Shown one piece after another: positions 1 through 12,459 of a stretch of DNA of 64,000 nt (position 1 is its first letter; the number at the start of each line of letters is the position of its first letter). A model generated the notes under the pieces. That model was not told the origin of the DNA, did no database searches, and was given only the letters and a program-made list of their open reading frames with translations. Both the position numbers and the translations under genes were made by a program. Source of the stretch: Guillardia theta CCMP2712 (Eukaryota; Protista; Cryptophyta); NCBI RefSeq assembly GCF_000315625.1, contig NW_005434648.1, forward strand, positions 348,974 to 412,973, read 5' to 3'.

Positions 1-73
1 CAGTTGAGGAGATCGATAAGGATTCACCGGAGGAAGGAAAGGGGAGGGCGGGGGAGGAAATGCTTTTAAGGTA

Positions 74-2095
74 GACAACAGGGCAAACCTGAGCTCATTG
101 GAAACGAAAGGAAAATGGTGCAGAAAGCAAGCCATGATGCGATCCGATTGAATCATGTGAGAAGCAAAATTGTTCTCAATTTCAACTGCTCCCTACTCAT
201 CCTCCTCCTCCTCCTCATCCTCATCCTCCTCCTCCTCCTCCTCCTTCGTCCTGTCTCATCCTTCACGCTCCCTCTCTCTTCCGATCCTCTTTCAGCTTTT
301 CAAGGAAATGAGGCGGAGCATTGAGAGCTCAGCGCATTCTGCTGAACATCTGAGTGAGCAAGGTGAGATTTTTTTGGAATGACAACAATGACGACGACAA
401 CGACAACGACGATGACGATGACGACTGCAGATGAAACTGCCCAACGGCTCGTCGACTTCCTACAGATCGCGGGCAAGAGAAGCTTTGTGCGGGGGCAGGT
501 GGGAGGCTGGTCGAGATGAGGAGAAGGCCTTTGTGAGTGGAGACCAGGTGGAGGAGCTGGAAAAGAACATCCAGTCAGCCCAGCACGAGATCGAAGTCAT
601 CATGCAGAGCGTGTCGATCGTGGAGACCAGGCAGGTTCGCTCCGACGCCCTGAGGTGCTCCTGGTGCCTGACTGGTCGTGGAAGCTCGACGGGGTTCTGC
701 GAGGCATCGAGGACAACACGAGGTGTGTTTGAAAAGTTTGACTAGTTCGACAACGGGCTACGAACGAGGCTAACAGGGCGGCAACTGCAATCCTCCTTTG
801 ACGTGCGTTCTTCTCGCGCTCACTCTTCTCTTGCTCAGTGTGCTTTTTGCCACAACGTCTGCGATGAAGGTAACGATCGGAGATCTCAACCACTTTCCCT
901 CCTCCCTCCTCCCTCCTCCCTCCTCCCTCCTCCCTCCTCCCTCCCCTTCCCTCCCTCCTCCCTCCCCTTCCCTGCCTCCTCCCTCCTCCACTCTCCTACC
1001 AACTTTCCCTCCCTCCCTGCTCTCTGCAATTTCTTTCATCTCCCTGTGATGCGGGTGACTTGAGTTATCTCAGAGCACGTCTCTGAGTGTGAAGGCGATC
1101 CAAATCATCCTCCTGGTGCTCCTTGTCTTCAACCTCATCGACAGAATAGGGGGAGGGTCGCTGAATGTGCCTGCCCCTACCTGGGTCATCGATCTCATCA
1201 AGGTTCTCCTCCTCCTCCTCCTCCTCCTCCTCCTCCTCCTCCTCCTCCTCCTCTCTCACTCTCTCACTCTCTCACTCTCTCTCTCACTCTCTCTCTCACT
1301 CACTCTCTCACTCACTCACTCTCTCACTCACTCACTCACTCACTCACTCACTCTTCCTCTCGCTCTTCCCCTCTCTCTTCCTCTCGCTCCTCTTCTTCCT
1401 CCTCCTCCTTTCCTCGCCTCTCTCTCCTCCTTCTGCCTCTTCGTCTTCGTCCACCTCCCAGCCGTCTCCCCGACTTCCTCCCTCAATCTCCTCAACTTTC
1501 TTCTCACCCTTCTCCTCCTCTCACGGTACGAGATGACGTAGCTTTCATCTCACAGAAGCCCCTCATGGATCCTCCCTTCCTCTGGTTTATCGTCAACGTT
1601 GCTCTCGCCGCCATCATCACGTACCTCGCTAACTACTGGGAGGTTCGCCAGATCTCGTCCTGCCCTTCCCCTCCCACTCTTAGTTCCTCCTGCCTGTCCT
1701 CCTCCTGCGCCTTCGCTTTCCCCCTCCCCTCGTTCCCCTGCCTCCTCCTCCTCATCTCTTATCGCTCCTCCTCGCCCATTCCACTTCCGCCATCTTCGCC
1801 CTTGTCGCACCTCAACCTTGTCCGCCAGCGCGTCTCCCTCCAGCGCCATCAGAAGCAGATGGCCTGTGAGCTGCACTGCCGAGCTCCCATCCTCGACCTG
1901 AACAAGCTTGAGGTGAAAACCTTCCTCCTCCTCACCTTCAACTTCTATCATACTACCACCACCGCTGCCGCCACCTCCTCTCCCCTCTCCTGCCTCTCCT
2001 GCCTCTCCTATCCCTTTCCTCTCCTCCTCCTCCTCATCATCATCATCTTTTTCTTGTTCTTCTTGTTCTTGTTCTTCTTGTTCTTCTTCTTCTTC

Positions 2096-2127
<32 letters not shown>

Positions 2128-3679
2128 CTTCTTCTTCTTCTTCTTCTTCTTTCCTTCGCTTTCACCGTCTCCTTCGCTCAAGTACCACAGAAATTCTTGC
2201 AGAGAAGACTTCCGTTCCTCAACCAGCGTTCCAACTTTGACCTGGACAGGTTCTTGTTCTCTCTCTCTTCATTCTCTTCCTCCTCTGCCCAGTTTCCTCA
2301 ATCTCCTTACGATGTTGTCTCCCTTGCCTCTCCCGTCCTCTTTCCCGTCTCTTATCCCTCTGATTCTATCCTGCCCCTGCCCTGCAACCCGCTCCTTCTC
2401 CTTCCTCCTCACCTCTCCTCCTCTCCTCCTCTCCTCCTCTCCTCCTCTCCTCCTCACGATGCTGTTGTTACCTAGCGTGTCCTGCATGGTCCGATGGAAA
2501 GAGCCGATCACCGCTGACCTATGGAAATGGGGAGGAGCGCCGCCAGAGGTTTGCGAGATGCGTTTCCTCTTTCCCTGATGTCTGACAAGACCTCTGCACC
2601 TCTCCCATCCCTCTCCTTCCATTCCTCCCTCATCTTCTCTTTGCTTTCCTTTCGCTCCATCCCTCCTTTCCACCTCCCTCCTTTCGCTCCATCCCACGTT
2701 CTCCCTCCCCTCCCGCCCACCCATCCTAGTGGTATACAAAAACTAGGCAAATCACCCAACGCACCAAGAGGATGTACTACCTTGTCCCGGTTCTCNNNNN
2801 NNNNNNNNNNNNNNNNNNNNNNNNNNNNNNNNNNNNNNNNNNNNNNNNNNNNNNNNNNNNNNNNNNNNNNNNNNNNNNNNNNNNNNNNNNNNNNNGTGCA
2901 CGACCAAGGAAGGGGTAGAATCTTTCCGTGTAATTCCCTCTCTCCATCCCTCGCCCTTCCCCCTCTTCACCTTTCTATCCTCTCCCTAATCATACCCGCA
3001 CTCTTCCCTCCCTCCCTCCACCTTTTGCCGCACCTTCAGATTCAGATCACCTACGACAAGAAGCGCATGGTCATAATCGCTCCGTCCTCTTCCTTTCCTG
3101 ACCTTCTCCTCAGCTCCTCCTCTCCATCTCCCTTTGGGTTGATCGACATTACAACTCAAGCTCCGAGCAGCACCTCGTCAAGTCGTTCCTGCAGGCAAGA
3201 AGAGGCATCGGCATCGTCAAAACCTTCCTCACCCCCCTTCTCGTGCTGCTCCTATCTTCATCTTCCCTCTCTGCCTCCTGCTCCCATTCTTCGTCTACTC
3301 CTCCTCCTCATCATCATCATCTTTGTTCTTCCTTCTCCTTCTTCTTTCTCCCCCTTCTTGTTCTTCTTCGTCATCATCATCATCATCATCATCATTCATA
3401 TCGGCAGCATCAGCCCTCTTGTTTCCATCTCACAACCTTGTGCAGACGCTCGTAGAGCATGAGATTCTCTCACCGACACATCAAGACGTCATCCTTGCTC
3501 CTTATCAGCAGGTGAGATGGTGTCCGGTAGCAAGCCGATCTGAGGTACATGGCAGGAGGAGAAGGAGGAGCAGGGGGAGGAGAACCAGGAGGAGGAAGAG
3601 CACGAGGAGGATGGGGTGCCGAAGATCGTTGAAGACAAGGGGGCAGAGGAAGATGGAGATGTCGCCCTGTAGTGCTTGA
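74..3679 (+). CDS. Multi-exon hypothetical membrane protein (long helical/coiled-coil region, then two TM helices); 5' end probably outside the window
   Basis: Short exons bounded by GT/AG sit between CT-rich introns, e.g. EELEKNIQSAQHEIEVIMQSVSIVETRQ (~550-633), AIQIILLVLLVFNLIDRIGGGSLNVPAPTWVIDLIK (~1095-1202) and PPFLWFIVNVALAAIITYLANYW (~1571-1640). The gene spans the N gap and the 3' end is uncertain. Confidence 0.5.
895..2460. repeat. Several intronic pyrimidine microsatellite/low-complexity tracts: (CCT)n, (CTCA)n, (CTT)n, (CCTCCCT)n
   Basis: Visible at ~898-990, 1205-1430, 2050-2152 and 2400-2456. They generate the spurious poly-L/S/F/E ORFs. Confidence 0.9.
2796..2895. other. Assembly gap (100 N)
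   Basis: Run of 100 n. Confidence 1.
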
Positions 3680-3923
3680 AAGGTGAACTAGAACTTCCGA
3701 GGCAGAATGAAATGAAATTCCTTGAGCTTGTGGGCAGTTCAGAGTGTTATATTGCAATGCAAGGCAAATCGTAAGCAAACAAAAGGACTAAGGTCGAATG
3801 TAAATTCGCGATGGAAGGAATCTAAACAAGGTATGCTGCAATAAATTACAATGAGGCGGTCAGCTGTCCCGGTCCTTCACTTGTGTTTCTGGTGCGAGTG
3901 TTCCCTCCCCGGGCCCGACAGCT

Positions 3924-4745
3924 TCAGCCTCTTCTCTCCGTTGGCATGCTGATGAACACTAGCAGGAGCGGCATCAGACGCGGGCCTCTTCCTAATCTGA
4001 AGGAGCGTGCCGCAGCAGCAGCGGCAGCAGCAGCGGCAGCAGCAGCGGCAGCAGCAGGAGACGTAGAGGAAGACGAATTCATTGAGGACGGGGGAGATGT
4101 CTTTGCCATGTTGACTTTTCTGGCGACCTGCTGCTTGTATGCAAGAGCGATGTGAGGCTGCATGGAGGATGGGGGTCTTGCCATCGCCTTGTTGGCACTC
4201 GTGCTCTTTGCGGCGGCCAGGACAGAGGATGCCTGCTGCTGCACTAGAAGCTGCTGGAGCAAACTTCGCTGCTCCGCTAGGGCTTGTTGAAACAAGATCT
4301 GCTCGTTGAGTACGGGATTCTGCTGAAGAACAACTTGAGGCTGCATCTTGATATTCTCAGCAAGAGCTTGCCGCATCATCAAGACCTCCTTCAAGTTCAC
4401 CCCCTGCAACCCAGCCATGCTCGCCGCTATCAAGGAAGCATTCTCGGCATTGTATAGCTGCTGCGCAGCACTCATTGGTGAAGTTGCGTTCATTTTTTGG
4501 AGGTTCAAGGCGCTGGCGTTTCCAGTGGCAGCATTCAAGAGCAAGAGGTTGCTGTTGGTCTGAGCAGGCAGAGAGCTGAGGTACTGCGCAAGGTTGATGT
4601 GTGCAGGATCAACCTGCACCGTTGGTGCCATAGGGCTCAACGACACTAGCAGGTTAGCAGGAAGAGAATGTGCAAGAGCAGGCCTCTGCTCCTCGACTTT
4701 GAAGTTTGACCGAAGCAAAGGCGTTTGGTTCCATGGGACTGACAT
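3924..4745 (-). CDS. Gln/Ala-rich low-complexity protein, unknown function
   Basis: Open frame from ATG 4745 (MSVPWNQTP...) with a Q/A/N-rich composition and a poly-Ala tract. No domain recognised; the 3' end may be spliced. Confidence 0.55.
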   Translation of the reverse strand: MSVPWNQTPLLRSNFKVEEQRPALAHSLPANLLVSLSPMAPTVQVDPAHINLAQYLSSLPAQTNSNLLLLNAATGNASALNLQKMNATSPMSAAQQLYNAENASLIAASMAGLQGVNLKEVLMMRQALAENIKMQPQVVLQQNPVLNEQILFQQALAEQRSLLQQLLVQQQASSVLAAAKSTSANKAMARPPSSMQPHIALAYKQQVARKVNMAKTSPPSSMNSSSSTSPAAAAAAAAAAAAAAAARSFRLGRGPRLMPLLLVFISMPTERRG

Positions 4746-5453
4746 TGTGCGTAATAACCTAACTACAAACAAGGTCAGAAACTGTTTAAGTTCGCCAAAA
4801 GCAAGAGAATAGGAATTAGCAAGATTGAAAATGATAATGGCAAGATTGTAAATGATTTAGTTTCTCTCTCTTTCCCCAGCATTCCACTCCACATCCCTCC
4901 CTCCCCTCTTTCCCCTTCCTCTCTCGCTTGTTCCCCTTGTTCCTCCTTCCCTCGTTTCTTCCCTCCTCTCCTCAATATCCCCAATTCACATTCCCCAGTT
5001 TTTCTTGCAAACCGTGTCTTATTTCTGGCTGCGGCCCTACCCTCAACCTTGCAATTATATATAGTGAGATACTAAGTAAATACCCCAAAGTCCTTCAACA
5101 TCCCCTCAACCTCCAGCTCCTCGGCCGTACTCCCCGGCCCCTCTGGCCAGGCAAACACAGAACGTTTCAGAAAGAACCCACCCTAGTATGTCACCCCTGC
5201 GAAGCTCTGATGGTGGGGTACACGGCAATAACCCTGGGTGAGGCAGATGCGGTCACGCAATTTTTTTTTACAGATATACAGGGGAAGCAGCGACGCTCTA
5301 ATTGTTGTCGCTGCCTCTCGTGCTGCCCCCGCTCTCGAGCTATGAAGATCCTCTGAGGCAAGTACGAATCTGTTTTACATTCAGTTTGTTCCTGGCACAT
5401 GGCTGTTTCGTGATGTCTCCTCAGTCTCGTGTATCCGCATTGCAAGCATTTCA

Positions 5454-5585
5454 CGCCCGGCCGGGCCGCCGCGCCGCAATCAGTGCCAGTGGCGCCGCCG
5501 GTGACCGGCGGGCCGGATCATCAGTGGGTCGCCGGGGTCTCCGAGGCTCTCTCAGCATGGTCAACTGATCTCGTACTGATTTTTA
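5454..5585. repeat. CCGG-rich intergenic patch with flanking TAAAAATCAGTACGAG motif (minus strand)
   Basis: GC-rich 5454-5550; motif at 5570-5585. Confidence 0.6.
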
Positions 5586-5662
5586 TTACATATGTTATTA
5601 TTTAGAGATGTTACTTTCACTTTCAGCAAGGCTGTATATCATAGTACAGTAGTATCGGCGAG

Positions 5663-7144
5663 TCAGCAGCTTATTGTTCGTTGGGACCATTCTCTGGCAG
5701 AAAAGTCGAGTCAGCGTCAATGGTCACCCGGTTGGACAGGCACTGCCGCAGGCAGGCAGGCAGGCAGGCAGGCACAAGGAGAAGAGATGAGTAGGCCCAT
5801 CAGAAATTGAAATGAAGAGGAAAGGTGAAGATAAGGTGACTGACCTCAGGATTAGTCGCTTCAGCATCCGATTTGACTCCTTGAGATGCAACAAACGCAC
5901 AACGTCGTTTCGTTGCATCTGATGCTGATTCCAAGCTTCAAAAACTTGTCCTTTCAAACGATTGACTTCAAGCGATATGACGTTCCATCCGTACAGAAGA
6001 CGTCGAATATCTGATTTCTTGATACTCGCAGCCAGCTCCTTGGATTGAATAGTTTTGAAGCATTTCATTTGCCACGCCAGGAGAACTGATTCGTATGTCC
6101 GTGAAGCCTTCCACTGCCTGACTCTCTCCACTAAGTTTCTTGCTCTCCTTCTCTTCCAGGTTGCGAGAGCTCGATGATTGGCCCAACTTTGAATAGAAGA
6201 TTGCATGAACCTGCGTCTCCTTTCCGATTTGAGCTTGTTGGTGATGCAAGTGAAGGTGAAAGATCGCATCGACAAAGACAGCCATCGCCAGAAACAGTTC
6301 TTAACGAACATATGTTCATGAACCGATCGGATATCCTTTGCTCTTTCAACGGAGACAAGAAGGAAGCGGAAGGTCTTTTGCTTCATCTTGCGGTGGACCC
6401 GATTGTAGAGTCCCAGACTTTTCTTCTGTCTTAACGCACGGATTTGAGTCAATCGAAACCACATGTTGATTGATTGCATACAGACGAAGGTTTGATATTG
6501 ACCACGAGCATAGTTGATCATGCACCATGCCTTGATAATGTCTTTGCAAACTTTACGATTGTGTTGATTGAGTCTAATTCGTAGCGTACTGAATAATTTG
6601 ACATCCAAGCGAACTTGTGTTCGCCAGATCGTGAAAACAAGTTTGATGAGAGCAAATGAATTAGCCCTCGATAGAAATTTCTCAAATCCCTCCAGCATGC
6701 TTTCAATTTTCCCTATGCTCCATTCGTATCCTACAGCAAATTCAGCAAGTCGCTGTTCTCTACTGCGGAGCCAATCAAGTCGACCAAGTATGCTTTCAAC
6801 ATCTTCTGTGCCTGAGAGCAAACCTTCGTCTCTGATCTGAACATCTTCTTCATTCTCATCACCGCTAGGAATATCCCGTCCTAATGAGTCATCAAGCGTA
6901 TGATTAGCTGCAAAAACTCGTCTTGCTCAGCATCTTCCTGCAATAACCATCGCTGAACGCTTTCAGAGGCCAGTAGCCCAAGGTGCTGCTCTAGCCTACT
7001 TGTCTTCCTCACGTCTGCTCTCCCTCCCACTCGGTCTCCTCCTCGTCTGCTGGATGAGGCACCTGGCAGCGGACGATCCAGCGGTATCACCTTGAGCTCC
7101 CTCCCTCCCTTCCTCCACCGGATCGTTCGTATGCCCTCTGCCAT
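5663..7144 (-). CDS. Sfi1-like repeat (putative centrin-binding) protein
   Basis: ORF 5724-6821 has recurring basic helical units ending in Trp (VFTIWR, IIKAWC, SINMWF, CFWRWL, SIQSWA, VLLAWQ, LLYGWN, VFEAWN). There are upstream exons to ~7144, and a final exon reads ...LILR|EWSQRTISC*. Confidence 0.55.
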
Positions 7145-7204
7145 GATCGAATGCAGGTCACCGTTCAAGTTTGACACCTGGGCCCGCCTCATCAGCACTT
7201 GAAA

Positions 7205-7395
7205 TCTACCGCACCGTACTGGCACCGTCTGTCACTACTGTGAAGCCAATGTGACGGGCCCCGGGCCGTGCCAGACAGTGACTGCCAGCCTGAGTGCCAG
7301 GCTGGGTCGGAACGCCGGGCGGATAAACAAGGTCTGGCCGTGAGGCTGCCGTACAGCAGTGCCGCCGGGGTCCGACTGACAGTAACGTCCAGACA
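7205..7395. repeat. CCGG-rich intergenic patch
   Basis: Dense in CCGG, GGGCCC, CTGAGT and CAGTG words; no credible protein. Confidence 0.6.
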
Positions 7396-7489
7396 CTGCT
7401 TCGACTGAAGTGGAAGAGATAGAAAAGCAATGCTGAACCGGGCCTATTTGCAATACAGCTCTTACAACGAAGTACCGTATCACGCTATC

Positions 7490-7562
7490 CAATCAAATGG
7501 CCTAACTTCATCGAATGTTTCGAATGTTGATCAACATTCGATGAAGTTAGGCCATTCGATTG
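7490..7562. repeat. Near-perfect intergenic palindrome / hairpin
   Basis: 7491-7519 is the reverse complement of 7533-7561 with 1 mismatch. 7520-7541 is a perfect 22-bp palindrome. Confidence 0.95.
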
Positions 7563-7708
7563 CTTGACCCTGTCAACACAGAAATTTCGGATTTTACTTG
7601 CTTTAGGAAGGAGATAAATTTACATCAAAGGAGTGCATTCCCACTGAGGATACGAGGGAAGATGCAGATCCCCGTACAAGGTATGAACAAGCAGATGTTA
7701 TGGGATGA

Positions 7709-8381
7709 TTACGAGAGAAATCCAAGGGTATTTCCGTTGTTCTTGGCCAACTTGATCAATCCCTGTGCCAACATACATCAGAAATCTCATCAAGCACGTC
7801 TCTTTCAATCACCTGTCTGATCTCTCTGGTGGTTCCAGTGTAAGAACAGAACTCAGTGATGACCTGATGAGCACCCATAAGATCCGCCGCACGGCAGCGA
7901 TAACAAAGACAATGTGTAATCTCAGATTAAGGCAAGAGATGAATATTTCAACAGGAAAGGTGTTTGTACCTGTGAGTGAAGGGTGATCGCCTGAAAATGT
8001 TGTCATTGAGTCTGCAGTTATATATCAACAATGAGTTACCTTGCCACGGATTTGATTGAATTGCTTCTCCCCGACAACTGCACGGGTTGCAACCACAAGA
8101 GGGGTGAAAGGACCGAACGCGGACTGCTTGCCCATCTTCGCTGGTTTGGCTGCTTTCTTTTCAGGTTTGGGAGGAGCCTCGGTCTCAGTGCTCATGCGCA
8201 CACTGCAGTGAGATGCCTGTCCTTCACTTCAGTATTGGCACCCTGGAATAGTGGGGAAATCTACCTTCCTGCCCTGTACAACACCAGATGCCAAAGGAGA
8301 AAACCCGAAGGAGTAGACAGATGGCAGGACAGCAGCCAAGGCAAGAACGAACAACAAGGCGGTATGGAACGAAGTCTTCAT
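7709..8381 (-). CDS. PGR5: Proton gradient regulation 5 protein, plastid-targeted (5 exons)
   Basis: Spliced product: MKTSFHTALLFVLALAAVLPSVYS-FGFSP...VQGRK|ASHCSVRM...GPFTPLVVATRAVVGEKQFNQIRGK|AITLHSQ|VITEFCSYTGTTREIRQ|GLIKLAKNNGNTLGFLS*. This matches the PGR5 consensus (FNQLRGKAIALHSQVITEFC...GLIRLAKKNG..LGFL). All introns are GT-AG. Confidence 0.93.
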
Positions 8382-8694
8382 CACTGAACAGTTGTCTGTG
8401 ACCGTGTGTTTCTTTGTAGCTGCTCGAAGTCCTGCGCCGCTCGGAGGTTGCAAGGGATGGTCGAGCTTTATATCACCAGGTTTTGGTTCAACAAAACTAA
8501 AAAGTGCACCCACCCCTCACTCAACTCAAGTACCTACAAGTACCCCTATAATTTACCTTAATTGGGAGGGTGATGGAAGTGGAGGAGGTGGGTTGAAAGG
8601 AGTAGGGGTGATTTACAGCAGGACAGCAGAGTTTCAGTTTACAGTTCACGCTGGAGATAACTAAACTTTCGTGGTATTCTAGAACCAGCAGACA

Positions 8695-8805
8695 AGGCAG
8701 TCGGATCGGAGGCCCGAGCTCGGGGCCCGGACTCGGGGCCCGGACTCGGTCCGGGCCCCGCCGGGCTGAGCCGTCCGAGAGTCTGGCACTGAGCAACCCC
8801 CGCCA
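8695..8805. repeat. CCGG-rich intergenic patch
   Basis: Includes CTCGGGGCCCGGA x2. Confidence 0.6.
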
Positions 8806-9568
8806 CCATCAACTATTCAGGGTACCTGGTGGGGTGGGGTGACACCGACGTTGGAATGATGAGGGGGTACTCTGTAGTAAGGGGTTCGTATAATTGAGGG
8901 TAGGGGTGGAGGTTGAGGAGGGTGGGGGGAGTTGATGATAAGAGTCTTCGTGCACGTGCCCGGGACAGAACGCACGAGGAATGGTGAGCTTGGAGAGGAG
9001 GAGGAAGAGGCAGAGGAAGAGCAGGGGGTGGGGGGTGAAGGAAACAAGTGATGGTGGAGACTTAAGGAGCGAGATTTGAAGCGCTTCTTGTGCTTGAAGT
9101 TGAGCCCCCTGCTGCTTATCATGTTGACGTAATGCGTGGATGATCATTCTCAAAAGCATAGTTCACTTGAGCCGAGGCTGTGAAACCAACATTCATCACC
9201 AATCATCGTTGACACGCAGCCTTTTGTTTCTTTCACAACAATGTTTTGATGGCATTCATTGATGTTTCTTTCTTTTCCAGGAAATGCTTGTGGCATGAGA
9301 CAAGTACCCAGGATCTCCCCCGTTGCGCCGTGAACGTCCAGGTGAGAATGCGAGGCGGCATTGAGCATGTCTGTTGCAAACATGTGCGATGAAGATACAA
9401 CTTTCACGACGGTCAAATGAAAATTCATGATTAATCAAATTTTTTTAATCTCATCAGTTTGTATTCCCTGAGCACATTTTGTTTTTACTTCATCCCATTG
9501 GCTGTTCGCCCTGTCATGAAAGCCTGACAATTGTGCAGGTTTGCAGAGATGGAGGGTAACTTATATTC

Positions 9569-12219
9569 TCATTGCCAAGTGCAATGTTTGAGCTGGCACG
9601 TTGGTGCGTCTGCTGTTCGTAGCAGCACAGCTTGAAACGAGCCCCTGCGGACCCCCTGGACTTTGCGAGTCAAACGAGGATTCTTGTACTTCTTTACAAA
9701 GAGAGAGGAAGGAACGAAAAAAATAAAATTACAGTCGCGCATCAGCCCCAGAGCCAACCCCACCCATCCCCCGAGGTCTTCTTGTGATCGTATCTTGGTA
9801 TGTACATCGTCTTCCCGCCCACAAACTTCTGCAAAGTAAAACATCAACGAGGGATTCCTGTGGTTAAAACAAACAGCGTACCTTGTCCAACGAGGGAGAG
9901 TTGATCTTCTTTCTCTTACTCTCCAGCCTCTCTGCTGCCCGCTCCTTCTTGCTGTTCGCCTTCAGCAACGCCTGCGATTACAACGTCATACAAATCGCTC
10001 GCACAGCGAAGCTCCACCTTCGTGACATGAGCAAGTGGGTCCCCGTCATGGGCTGTCGAGCTAGGGCCTGTCCGCATGAAACTGCCGTCTTTCTTTGATT
10101 TCTTTGATGTGGAATCGCCTCCATGCTGCACACTCCTGGATAATGAGGAAAGCTTCGACTTGGTTGACTTCTCCCCCTTGTCTTCTTGGGCAGCACTCTC
10201 GAACGCCTTGGCAAGCCATCGTTCAACTTCTTTGGGAGGATGGAGGAAAAGTTTATCTTCCGAGGTAGACACTGCTTGATCCTTGTGACGAGGAGCACTT
10301 GAACTGGATCTACCATGATACAACAGTGACTTCCCTTTTTCCCCAATCTTGAGACGCGATGAAGTCTCTTCGCGCTCCTCAGCCTTACTCGAATTGGTCG
10401 CATCCGTTGCAGCCTCCGAAGCATTCTGCCTGGCTGTCTGATCCTCGCTTGTAGGTGGCTCCTTCGAATCCTTCACCAGCCGGACTAACTCTTTGAGCTC
10501 CTTCTCCATCTTGTCAACCCTGCCCTCTAAATCTGAAACCACAGGCGACGCATGAACCTCAGCAGGTCCATTTTCCTCCTCCCTTGTTGCATTGGAGACG
10601 TTGTAACCGACCTCCCCAGAAATCTCTGTAAAGTTGGTCATGCCGGTCTCGACCACAGCAGAGTGTTCAGACGGGGGGCCCTCCCTGGGGCTCCAGGCAT
10701 CTCGATTCCTCCATACATGTTTGTATGCTCCTGGTCGGTGCAGTTCATGCCTCCTGTAGTCTGATTCTTCCGAGTACCAATTTCCAGACGCGATTTTCTC
10801 AACTTCGTGCTTCAAGATCTGATACTTGTCAAGAACTTCCCGATACCACTTCCGCCAGACGAAGATGTTGTCAGTTTCAGGCGCTGGAATTCCGTACTTG
10901 GCAATCTGGTGAGCTTTCATCACAATGAATGGATTGAATTGAGGATCATGGACAAATGCATCAAGAGCATCTCGGAATTCTTCCATTTCACGGTGCTTCT
11001 TGTGAAAAACTTCTGTTGCCGTTGGAAAGTCGTCAGGGTCCATAATGTCAGGCCGTGTGGACTCCGACACATCCGGGGGATGCTTCATGAGTTCCTTCCA
11101 TTCATCGCGTAGCTCTTTCTGCCCCTCTTCAATCTTCTCCTCTGCCTTCCGTATGGCATCCATCCTATCCTTCTCCGTCACGAGTGGATGATCGCTTGGA
11201 ATATCCCATTGATAGTGCAATGGTGAAGGATCACCATTCCCATCTAATGGTACTCCCCATTCATCCTTGACCTGATTGTCATCGTGTCCACCATCATCAT
11301 TTGCCCCTTCTTCTCCAAGCTCACCATTCCCTTCTTGCGATATTTCAGGAGTGTCAGCAGAAATTTCTCCCTCTCCCTTGGCTTCATTCCCTTGCCCTTC
11401 CTCTCCCTGATCCTCAGTTTCATCTCCAGAAGCTCTCGCTACTTCTGGGTTTGCTTCATCCTCTTTGGCAGCATCTTGAGCTGGCTCTTCATTCAATGAC
11501 TGACGAAAGAAGCCCCCATCGGCTCTTCTGGAACGGAACATTGTCCGGGGTTCACGAAAACGACCCTGAGAGTGATCGCCTTGCCACCTTGAAGTCATTC
11601 CATAACCACCAAAAGTATGCTCGGGCATCATGTGCACGTATCCTTGTCTTGCCTGCTGATTTGCTGGCATTGGGACTCTACGAAGGTTCTCGAATGGGTT
11701 TCCTTGCGGCAAACCACGTGATGGATATACCGGCCTTGGACTTTCTCTCAACTGGGCTACTGGAGCATTAGCTAATCGACCTTCTCGGCGGTTTTCTGCA
11801 TAATATCGGTCCTTAAAGGTGCTGTAGTCAGCACCTCCTCCACGCAGCGCTTGGAATTTCTTAGCGATCCTCGCTTGGTTTCCAGTTAACTTCTGGTTGT
11901 TCGGTCCCCTTACAGTCTCTGAGTTTGTCTGGTGAACTGTATGTCTTGCATGCCAATCTTCTTCTCTCTGCTTCGCAAAGTATGAGATCCCCGGATAGTG
12001 ATCGGGCCTCTTCTCCCGCGTCGCTCCCCTGCCCCCCCACAAGCTTTGCAATGCTTCACTCTGCGCTGCCTTTTGGTTGGGGATAAAGACGCAGAGGCAT
12101 GCAAGGGCAGCAGCAGCGAGCATGGCTCCCCTAATTCGCCATGTTCTGGCGCCTCTTTCCCCTCCTCCATCGCAAGTCCGGCGCCAGGTGACAGCCATCG
12201 CATCATTCTGCGCCACCAT
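9569..12219 (-). CDS. Unknown signal-anchor/secreted protein with long disordered regions
   Basis: 767-aa ORF (9916-12219) with a hydrophobic segment AMLAAAALACLCVFIP near the N-terminus. Probable short 3' exons run to ~9569. No domain recognised. Confidence 0.65.
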
Positions 12220-12301
12220 GCCGCCGGAAATAGTCCCAGAAATGTTTTACTCAATCATTCCATCCATTAGAGTGGGTCAGGGCGGGGAAGAGGTCTGCAA
12301 C

Positions 12302-12416
12302 AGTTAAAAATCAGTGCGAGAACACGGTCCTTTACTCAAAGTTAAGTTAAAAATCAGTACGAGGACAATCGCAACCCCCCGGCGGCCAGTTTGTCAGACA
12401 AGGGCGCCCGGCCTGC
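12302..12416. repeat. Duplicated TAAAAATCAGTRCGAG motif followed by a short CCGG-rich patch
   Basis: Motif at 12305-12320 and 12348-12363. Confidence 0.65.
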
Positions 12417-12459
12417 TCACTGATGATGATGATGTGATTTGGACGAGTGATCAATAATC

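Noticed and set aside
770-3462. Many ORFs rich in poly-L/S/F/E/G
   Set aside because: They are translations of intronic CT microsatellites, not independent genes.
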